Assembly: GCA_031409335.1 (NCBI GenBank)
Contig: JANNWY010000295.1
Span: 1-47,360, forward strand
DNA length: 47,360 nucleotides
Reading direction: 5' to 3'
Source: Chthoniobacteraceae bacterium
Lineage (GTDB): Bacteria > Verrucomicrobiota > Verrucomicrobiia > Chthoniobacterales > Chthoniobacteraceae
A model generated the notes under the pieces. That model was not told the origin of the DNA. It saw only the letters and a program-made list of their open reading frames with translations, and did not search any database. The translations under genes and the position numbers were made by a program. Below are positions 1-7,700 of this stretch, in pieces. Each line of letters opens with the position of its first letter. The first letter of the stretch is position 1.

Positions 1-138
1 GCTCGCGCAGCAATTGCGCGCCTGGCAGTGCGACCGTAATCAAGCCGCCACGGGCATCCGCTGGCACTTCACCACCGCAGACGCCCGCGTGAAACTCATC
101 AAGCTCTACCCATCATCTCACTGCTGACAAAGCACTAG
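1..138 (+). mobile_element. Right end of an IS630-family insertion sequence: transposase C-terminus (<1..127) plus terminal sequence ending at CTAG
   Basis: Frame from nt 2 reads LAQQLRAWQCDRNQAATGIRWHFTTADARVKLIKLYPSSHC*, matching the AW..RN...I.W.FT..DAR.KL..LYP tail of IS630 transposases. It is followed by GACAAAGCA-CTAG (135-138); IS630 elements target TA, often within CTAG. Confidence 0.8.
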
Positions 139-194
139 TGCAAAGCGGGGGTTCCGAACCGCAAAGAGCGAGCTTCAAGAAGCGACCCCTTTCT
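135..194 (+). repeat. 60-bp direct repeat, copy 1
   Basis: CTAGTGCAAAGCGGGGGTTCCGAACCGCAAAGAGCGAGCTTCAAGAAGCGACCCCTTTCT; 56/60 identical to 1624-1683 by manual alignment. Confidence 0.95.
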
Positions 195-499
195 CCTCTT
201 ACATACATGGCTTTGAGAACTCGACTCAGGCTGAGTCCGAGCGGAGTGATGGTGCATTCGACTCGCGGTGGCGCTTCGGGAAAGATCTTGTGGGTGATCA
301 GTCAGTGCAGTTCCAATTCCCGGAGTTGCTGGGTGAGCATACGCTGGGACACGCCTCGTCCCTTGCGACGCAATTCACTGAAGCGATGTGTGCCCTCGAG
401 CAGATGAGACAAAATGTTCGCCTTCCAGCGTCCGCCGACAATGGCGATGGTCGCTTCGACGCCGCAAAAGTCCGGTGTGGGTAGGGATGCAAGCTTAAT
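195..499 (-). pseudogene. HxlR-family winged-helix transcriptional regulator pseudogene
   Basis: Minus frame reads ...DFCGVEATIAIVGGRWKANILSHLLEGTHRFSELRRKGRGVSQRMLTQQLRELELH*LITHKIFPEAPPRVECTITPLGLSL..., a classic HxlR pattern. There is an in-frame TGA at 304-302 where Gly is expected, no ATG start, and the 3' end runs into the 60-bp repeat. Confidence 0.85.
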
Positions 500-540
500 G
501 GTTACTAAAAGGATGCCAGTTCCCTAAATAGTGCCTACTT
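500..540. promoter_or_regulatory. Possible HxlR-type operator region in the divergent hxlR / DUF5069 intergenic space
   Basis: AT-rich stretch GGTTACTAAAAGGATGCC...AGTGCCTACTT resembles sequences seen between hxlR genes and their divergent targets; pattern recognition only. Confidence 0.3.
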
Positions 541-625
541 GTCTAACGGAACCAACCTGCCAAGATGGCACCTTCAGCACCGGCAAAGCGTCCTGGGCTG
601 TCGAACACGACAAACATTCAATCTC

Positions 626-1450
626 ATGACCTCACCAAAAGATCTCAGCAAAGAACCGGCCCGCAGTCCTCGCATCCGTATCGGCGGTTACGTCCTGCTC
701 GCCCGCATGGTGGACAAGGGCCGCGCCTCAATCGCCGGCACGGCTGGCGAATACCACTTCGACTGCCCGGTCGATAACATCCTCTTCGGCTTCAAGGGCG
801 TGAAAGGCGCGGACGTTAAGCCCCTTCTCGCGTCCGGTGCGAGCGATGATGAAATCGCAGCCTGGCTGGACACGCACGGAACGCCCAAAACGCCGGCGGA
901 AGTCACTGCTTGGGGCGATTCGATCGAGGCCATGAGCCCTTACAGCGACCCGGCGAAGCGGGAATGGTTTACCGGCGAATGCGTGAGCCTCGGCTTGAAC
1001 CCTGAGACCGCCACGTTCTGCGACTATCTGGATGCGGATGACCGCGCCAGCTTCCCGAATCGCGTTCGTGGAAAAAGCTTTCTGCTTATTGGACTGGATC
1101 CCTTTCTCCTTGATTACTCGTCACCGGAGCTTGCCGCCTTTCCTGGAATGACTGCGGAAAAGGTTATGGCGGGACTCATCGGAGCGGAAGAAGCGATGAA
1201 GGCTCTGGGCTATGACGCGCATCATTGTCTCACCGACCTTGGCGAGACAGCGGAAGCGGTGGTCACCGCCCGACTTCAACAGCGACAGTTTGACTGCATC
1301 ATGATTGGTGCGGGCGTTCGGGCCGTCCCAAGCCACTTCATCCTGTTCGAGAAGCTGATCAACGCCGTGCACGAACACGCGCCTCATGCTCGGATTTGCT
1401 TCAACACCAAGCCCTCCGACACGCTCGAAGCCTTGCAACGTTGGATTTGA
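626..1450 (+). CDS. DUF5069-like domain protein fused to a small C-terminal alpha/beta domain of unknown function
   Basis: The N-terminus DLSKEPARSPRIRIGGYVLLARMVDKGRA..G..GEYHFDCP.D is DUF5069-like and ends at DDRASF. A ~125-aa domain follows (FDCIMIGAGVR...ICFNTKPSDT...RW). ATG 626 is preferred over the upstream TTG. Confidence 0.75.
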   Translation: MTSPKDLSKEPARSPRIRIGGYVLLARMVDKGRASIAGTAGEYHFDCPVDNILFGFKGVKGADVKPLLASGASDDEIAAWLDTHGTPKTPAEVTAWGDSIEAMSPYSDPAKREWFTGECVSLGLNPETATFCDYLDADDRASFPNRVRGKSFLLIGLDPFLLDYSSPELAAFPGMTAEKVMAGLIGAEEAMKALGYDAHHCLTDLGETAEAVVTARLQQRQFDCIMIGAGVRAVPSHFILFEKLINAVHEHAPHARICFNTKPSDTLEALQRWI

Positions 1451-1460
1451 GGGCACATAC

Positions 1461-1542
1461 GAATGTGCATTAAGTTAAGAGCAGTTTAGGATCGGCGCGC
1501 GAGGCATTTACTCTGAAAAACAGCCTTAACTTAACGCCATTC
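1461..1542. mobile_element. Miniature IS4-family-like element (MITE or internal-deletion remnant)
   Basis: Imperfect terminal inverted repeats GAATGTGCATTAAGTTAAG / CTTAACTTAACGCCATTC, similar to IS4-type ends (..AATG....AGTTAAG); no internal ORF. Confidence 0.6.
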
Positions 1543-1623
1543 CGGACTGACCCTTTCTCCTGGTTTTACCGGCCAGACGCCCGGCCCGCGTCGCTCGATC
1601 GTGCGCGCGACTAACCGGCGGAG

Positions 1624-1683
1624 CTAGCGCAAAGCGGGGGTTCCGAACCGGAAAGAGCGAGTTTCAAGAAGCGACTCCTTTCT
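1624..1683 (+). repeat. 60-bp direct repeat, copy 2
   Basis: CTAGCGCAAAGCGGGGGTTCCGAACCGGAAAGAGCGAGTTTCAAGAAGCGACTCCTTTCT; matches 135-194. Confidence 0.95.
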
Positions 1684-1831
1684 ACGCGTGGAGTGTGTGG
1701 CCCTCGGTGATCGACTCCGCATTAAAGGGCGGTTTCCCACAGATGGCTGACTGTATCGACTCAGATACAGTTCTCGATTTGATTGGGTTATGTCGGAGGG
1801 CGAATGTCTTTCCGGATCCAGCTACCCGAAC

Positions 1832-3637
1832 ATGAAAACCAAACTCGCAACCCTTATCGCCACTATCCTCACCACGCTGGGGAGCCCGCTTTTGGCGGCT
1901 AATTCCTCGTTCATTCGACTTCCGCTTAGCAATACTGGTGTGGACGCAGATGCAATTGGTGGCGTTCTTTCCACGCTCTCGGCGGGCAACTCGGAACTCA
2001 TCGTGCAGATTGCCAGGCTCTCGCCTTCCACAGCTTATCAAATCGAGGTGGGAGGAGTGGTGGAGGGCGCCTTTCTCACCAGCGTGAACGGATCAGCGAC
2101 GGTGAAATTCAGGGGGCCGAACGCGGGTGGTGGTCGGATGTTGGATTTTGATCCGCGCGGCAAAGTGCTGCGTGTGCTTTCGGGTGCACAGAGTGTGCTG
2201 CAGGCGACCCTTTCCGGGGCAGGTGAGCCAGCGGGCTCGCTCGTGGTGGAGCGGGTCAACCTGCGACTCGGGGCGGTCGTGGGGGCAACAGGCAAGGCGG
2301 TGGCGGACTATCAACTCGGCAAGGATGGCCGCCGCCTTTTCAAAGTGGAGTTGGAGCGCGCTGGTGCCGGACCATTCGAGTTATTCGTCGGCGGTGTGAA
2401 GCGCGGCGATTTCACGACGGCAGGCATCCTTTCGAAAATCAAGTTCGGCATCGGGATCGATGATCCAGGGGTGCTCTCGCTGGACTTCGATCCGCGCGGG
2501 CTGGTGCTTGATGTGGTGCGCGCGGGGAAAGTTGTGTTTTCGAGTGAACTCGCTGCACGGGCGATCGGCGTGAATATCTCATTGCCGCGCCTGGCGAGCG
2601 GTGTGCTGGCGTCCACTGGGGCGGACCCGGATGGGCATGCTGCGGCAAAGCTGCGGATCGATGAGCGGGCGCGGAAACATTTCTCCGTGGAAATCGAGGA
2701 CGTTCCCGTGGGGACTTACGACCTGCTCGTCAGTGGTGTGGATGTCGGGAACATCGTGGTCGCCTCGACGGCCAGCGGCACGGAGGGCGAAGTGGAGTTT
2801 TCGAATGGCGATGATAACCCGGACGAATTGCCGCTGACGTTCGATCCCGCGGGAAAGACGCTCACGATTCGGCAAGGCACGACCGTCTTTTTCCGGGGAG
2901 TGTTTTCGCCCGGGACTGGTGACGGAAGCGGGACGCCCTTGCCGGAGCCAGCGTCGGCGCTGGCGGAATTCCTCGGCTCGACCGGCCTCGATGCCGATGC
3001 GAAGGCGAGCGCGCGCTACCGCGTGGACGACAATGGACGCCACAAGTTTCGGGTGGAGATCGAGAAGCTAGCGGCTGGTGACTACGCGCTCGTCATTGCA
3101 GGAAAGACCCGCGGCACCATCAACGCGGTGAGCACCGCGGGCGGTGTCGTGGGCGAAATCGAATTTGATAGCAAGCCCGAGCCCGGCCACCTGCTGCTGA
3201 ATTTCGATCCGCGCGGACAACTGATCGAAATCACTTCGCCAACGGGCAAATTCTTTTCGCATCTTTTCGGCAGCGGCTCCGCGGTGAATGGCGGCGGGAC
3301 AACGGTGCCGTTCGACATCAGTGTGCCGCTGCTCAATTCGGGTGCGGATTTCAACGCGACCGCCAAGGCGGAACTGACCCGCAAGGCCACAGGCGAGTTG
3401 AGTTTTGAAGTGGAAGTCGAAGACGTCAATGCCGGCGCATATGAACTGCTGGTTGGAGGAATCGTGCGCGGGACATTGAATGTCGTCGCTGACGGCAATG
3501 GGACGCGCGGCAAGATCGAGTTCGATGATGAGCCAGGTTCTGGCAAGCTGCCGCTCAATTTCTCCGTCGCTGGTCAGAACATCGTTGTCCGGCAGGGCGT
3601 GACCGCCTTCTTTGATCGCACCTTTCCGGTGCAATGA
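1832..3637 (+). CDS. Secreted hypothetical protein made of five ~110-125-aa beta-rich repeats
   Basis: Signal peptide MKTKLATLIATILTTLGSPLLAA. Five units with the pattern TG.D.DA...F.VE.E....G.Y.L.V.G...G...EF...L.FDP.G. Confidence 0.85.
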   Translation: MKTKLATLIATILTTLGSPLLAANSSFIRLPLSNTGVDADAIGGVLSTLSAGNSELIVQIARLSPSTAYQIEVGGVVEGAFLTSVNGSATVKFRGPNAGGGRMLDFDPRGKVLRVLSGAQSVLQATLSGAGEPAGSLVVERVNLRLGAVVGATGKAVADYQLGKDGRRLFKVELERAGAGPFELFVGGVKRGDFTTAGILSKIKFGIGIDDPGVLSLDFDPRGLVLDVVRAGKVVFSSELAARAIGVNISLPRLASGVLASTGADPDGHAAAKLRIDERARKHFSVEIEDVPVGTYDLLVSGVDVGNIVVASTASGTEGEVEFSNGDDNPDELPLTFDPAGKTLTIRQGTTVFFRGVFSPGTGDGSGTPLPEPASALAEFLGSTGLDADAKASARYRVDDNGRHKFRVEIEKLAAGDYALVIAGKTRGTINAVSTAGGVVGEIEFDSKPEPGHLLLNFDPRGQLIEITSPTGKFFSHLFGSGSAVNGGGTTVPFDISVPLLNSGADFNATAKAELTRKATGELSFEVEVEDVNAGAYELLVGGIVRGTLNVVADGNGTRGKIEFDDEPGSGKLPLNFSVAGQNIVVRQGVTAFFDRTFPVQ

Positions 3638-3817
3638 AGCCGCAGATAGCCGGAAACCTGATTGCGGCTAATACGATTTAGCCTGTGGGATTGCGCGAAG
3701 GCGGAGCGCACGCCAACGGCGTTCCATCGATCAGCCCCGAGCTGACGTTGGGAATTTAGCGGGTTTGAAACTGCGGAGCTATTCTCTGTAAAATCGCATT
3801 CTTTGCTTTTGGAAACG

Positions 3818-3850
3818 GCCCCGGCGTAAACCGGGGCTTCATGCTTTGGG
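3818..3850 (+). terminator. Possible hairpin/terminator downstream of the repeat protein gene
   Basis: GCCCCGG-CGTAAA-CCGGGGC followed by TTCATGCTTT; the U-tract is weak. Confidence 0.25.
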
Positions 3851-3910
3851 GGTGCGGCATAGGTGAAGACGATCTCGATCGGGGCGTCATGCTCGCGCGG
3901 TGTAGGCTGG

Positions 3911-3934
3911 GCGGGAAGCGGGAAGCGGGAAGCG
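3911..3934 (+). repeat. Heptamer tandem repeat (GCGGGAA)x3
   Basis: gcgggaagcgggaagcgggaagcg in intergenic DNA. Confidence 0.8.
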
Positions 3935-4125
3935 TGGCTCGTGCAGGGGCTGGGGCGATGTGTGAATGTGGGTGTGGCTCGCGATACGTGGGGTGAGTTT
4001 GCAGGGGCGGAAATCAATCGGGCGTGACCGATCGCGATGTGCGTGGTTGCGACGGCTGGAAATGTGCCCGGCGAAGGTTTCCGCTTGATCCGGCACGTGG
4101 CGTGGTCACGAATGAGAGGGACCAC

Positions 4126-4683
4126 ATGCCTTCACCCGAGGTTTTTTACCTGCACATCCACGGCGAGCAACTCGGGCCGTACACCGTTCCTCAGATCGAC
4201 CATCTGCTGAACACCGGCCTGATTGCCGAGGAGACGCTGTACTGGTGTGAAGGTCTCGAACAGTGGGCCCCCGTCGTCTCGCTCGTGCCGAAGCGCGTCG
4301 AAAAACGCTCGCTCGGAAAATTGCTCGCCATGCTCGTCGGCGCAGCCGCGTTCGCGCTGGTGTGCGCATTCGTCGGGCCGGTCGTCGTCAATGGCTGGCG
4401 TGAGGCCAGCCAGCACGAATACACCGCCAAAGCCGCCTACTGGCGCGCGCGCGAAGTGGTCCGCAATCGCAGCGTGCCCGCCGGTTCGCTCGTCAGCTTT
4501 TCGGGTTTTTCAAAAAGCACCGTGCAGCTCCAGTCCGAGGGGCGCGCGGCGGTGGCATTGCGCGGCGAGTTGGTGGACGCGCGCGGCACCGCCGTGCCGA
4601 TGGTCTGGCAGGTGGACATGAAATTTGACGAACGCCGCGCGGAATGGTCCGGCACGCCAGCCGCGAAGCCGACGGAGAAGTGA
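4126..4683 (+). CDS. GYF_2 (DUF4339) domain membrane protein
   Basis: FYLHIHGEQLGPYT..QI..L...G.I..ETLYWCEGLEQW is the GYF_2 pattern; one transmembrane segment follows (LLAMLVGAAAFALVCAFVGPVVV). Confidence 0.8.
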   Translation: MPSPEVFYLHIHGEQLGPYTVPQIDHLLNTGLIAEETLYWCEGLEQWAPVVSLVPKRVEKRSLGKLLAMLVGAAAFALVCAFVGPVVVNGWREASQHEYTAKAAYWRAREVVRNRSVPAGSLVSFSGFSKSTVQLQSEGRAAVALRGELVDARGTAVPMVWQVDMKFDERRAEWSGTPAAKPTEK

Positions 4684-4692
4684 CGTAAATCG

Positions 4693-4718
4693 GTGGACGG
4701 AATCCCGATTCCGTGGCA
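4693..4718 (+). promoter_or_regulatory. Conserved palindromic upstream motif, copy 1
   Basis: GTGGACGGAA-TCCC-GATTCCGTGGCA ~25 bp before the ATG; recurs at 10236-10261 before the paralogue. Confidence 0.55.
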
Positions 4719-4743
4719 ATGAGACAAAATTTTTATCCCCCGA

Positions 4744-7700
4744 ATGAGCTATTGTAATTCATTGCGTTCCTTTCTTTTTTTCCTCAGCCTTTCTTTGACG
4801 CGGATCGCTGCGGCGGAGCAGGTGGTTTTTTCGGAAATCATGTATCAGCCGCCGGTGGGAAAGCCGGAGTTTGTCGAGGTGTGGAATATCACGAATACGC
4901 CGCTCGATATGGCGAAGTGGCGGTTCAGCGATGGGGTGAATTTTACGTTCCCGGATTTCAACGCGGGCAGCGCGCAGGCGCATTTTTTGAAACCGATGGA
5001 GCGGATCATCGTGAGCGCGGCGTCGGATGCGGTGACGCGCGCGGCGTATCCCTCGATCCCGGTGAATGTGCGGATTTTTGGGCCGTGGGATGGGCTGGCT
5101 TCACTGGATAACGGGGGCGAGCGGGTGACGCTGAAGGACAAGAATGACGTGATCGTTTGCACGGTGAAATATGCTGACAGCGGGCGCTGGGCGGTGGCAG
5201 CGGATGGGACGGGGCATTCGCTGGTGCTGGCGGATGAAAACCGCGCGATCGACGACTGGCGGGTGTGGCGCGCGAGCACGAACAACGGGGGCTCGGCGGG
5301 GCTGGCTGATCCGGCGTTGCCGGCGGCGGGGCTGGTGCTGAATGAATTGCACTTTCGCACGGCGGATGGGCACGTCGATTGGATCGAGGTGCGCAACAAT
5401 TCCCAGACGACGGCGCAATCGGCGGCGGCGCTGTTTGTGGCTTCGGCGCTGGATTTCAGCGACAAGATCGCGCTGAGCGGGAGCGTGGCGGTGGGTGGCG
5501 TGGCGAGTTTCAATGTCGATTTCGCGCCGGACAACAATGGCGACATCCGCCTTTACCTGATCGACGCGAGCAACCAGGTGCGCAGCGAGGTGAAGCTGCG
5601 GCGGAAGGTGGGACGCGAGGCTTGGCAGGTGTTTCCGGCGGGGAGCGGCGAGTGGTTTAACGATGTGGCGGACACGCGCGATGCGCAGAATAATCCGGCG
5701 CGGAATACGGATATCGTGATTAACGAAATCATGGCGGACCCGCCGGGGAATGAACGCGACGGGGAGTTTGTGGAGCTGCACAATCGCGGTTTGTCGGACG
5801 TGATCGTGGGTGGCTGGAAGCTGGACAGCGCGGTGAATTTCACGATCCCGGCGGGGACGACGATCCCGGCGGGCGGGTATCTGGTGATCGGTGCGAATGC
5901 GGTGAATCTGAACACGATCTACACGGGATTGACGGCGATCGGGAACTGGAGCGGCTCGCTGGGAAACAGCGGTGATCTGCTCCGCGTGGAGGATGCGAAC
6001 GGGAATTTGGTGAATCAGATTGATTACCGTTTTGGCGGGGAGTGGCCGGAGATGGCGGGTGGAAATGGGAGTTCGCTGGAACTCGCGAATCCGCACGCGG
6101 ATAACACGCTGGGTGGCGCGTGGCGCGACAGCATCGAGAGTGGGAAGAGTGCGTTCCAGGCGTTCAGCATCGCGGGCGGGACTTACTCCGATCTGACGCA
6201 GGGCGGGAACAACGACGACGAAATCCGGCTGTGGGCGACGGGCGATTCGCATCTCATCATCCGCAATGCCGTGCTGCGCCCGACGAGCGGGAGTGGGAAT
6301 CTTTTCAACGCAAACGCGGGAGTGACGACGCTGCTCAATGACAACGTCTCGGGCTGGCAGGCGCGCGGCACGCATTGGGCGAGCTTTCACGATGCGGAGG
6401 GCGTGCATCTGGTCGCGGACGGGCACGGCGACAACAAGTGCAATCACATCGAGAAGGACGCGAGCGTGGCGAGCGGCGCGGGCATGGTCGCGGGGACGGC
6501 TTACACGCTGACGTTCGAGGCGCGGTGGGTGTCGGGAAAACCGCGGGTCGTGGCGCAAAGCTGGGACATGAGCTGGGGCGGCACGGTGCAGGTGCCGATC
6601 CCGCTGAATCTCGGGACGCCCGGCGCGCAAAATTCCCGGTACAACGCGAACACCGCGCCGCAGGTGACCGCGCTGAATCATTCGCCCGCCGTGCCAACGA
6701 ATGTGCAGACGGTGACGGTGACGGCGCGGCTTTCCAGCAATACGCTGATGGGCACGGTGGAGCTTTTTCACCGGCTGGATAACATCAACGCGAACGGCGC
6801 GTGGGCCTCGCTCGCGATGGTCGATAACGGGACGCTCGGTGACGCGGCGGCGGGCGACGGCATTTACACTACGCAGATCGCGCCGGGTGCTTTCGCGGGC
6901 TACGCGACGAGCGGCGCGATCGTGCAATTCTACGTGCGCGCGACGGCGGCGAATGGCCAGATCGCCGAGCTGCCGAAAGGCGGCGCGAATGTGCCGGGGA
7001 TGTGGGTGGTGAATACGACCGCGCCCTCGACGGATCTGCGGCGCATCCGCGTCGTCATCTCGGCGTACTGGGGCGATGCGTTGGCGCAAGATAGCGCGAC
7101 CGGCGGACACACGGTGAAGTTCAACTACAAGTATCCAAAACTCTCGAACCGTTATTTCCCGTGCGTCTTCATCCACAATGACAACACGATTTTTTACGAC
7201 GCGCAGGCGCGCAAAACGGGCAGCCCTTTCACCCGCGGCGTGACCAACTCGCTGGACCGCGCGCGCGTCATCCTGCCGGGCGATCATGTGTTTCGTGGCA
7301 AATCGAAAATGTATTGGGACAACGACGCCGCTGGTGGGTCGATGCTGCACAACCGCATCCACCGCTACTGGCTCTACCTGCTCGGCGTGCCGGCGAATCA
7401 AAACGAAGTCTGCCGCGTGGCGAAAAACAACGCGGGATACACGGTGCGCGAATCGAACGAGGTCTTCGACAAGGACATGCTCGACCGCATCTGGGAGAAC
7501 GGGAGCGAGGGACAGTTTTATGAAATCGACGACCGCTTCTGGATCGCGGACGACGGCTCGACGCGCAACGCCAACGATAACGGCACTTGGGATTACAAGG
7601 CCACCGACAGCCAGGGCGCGGAAAATCCGACGGCGTATCACAACAACTACGTGCCGAAATCGCGCGAGTCGGAATACGACTACGGCACGCTGATCGAATG

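Noticed and set aside
302..304. In-frame TGA in hxlR as stop-codon recoding (Gly or Sec)
   Set aside because: Many intact genes here end in TGA, the position is a Gly rather than a Cys site, and the gene has other lesions.
135..1683. 60-bp repeats as integron attC sites or tRNA fragments
   Set aside because: No RYYYAAC/GTTRRRY ends, no extended dyad symmetry and no tRNA cloverleaf.
3574..4125. 183-aa minus-strand ORF in the intergenic gap
   Set aside because: No recognisable motifs; it overlaps a neighbouring gene and spans low-complexity repeats.
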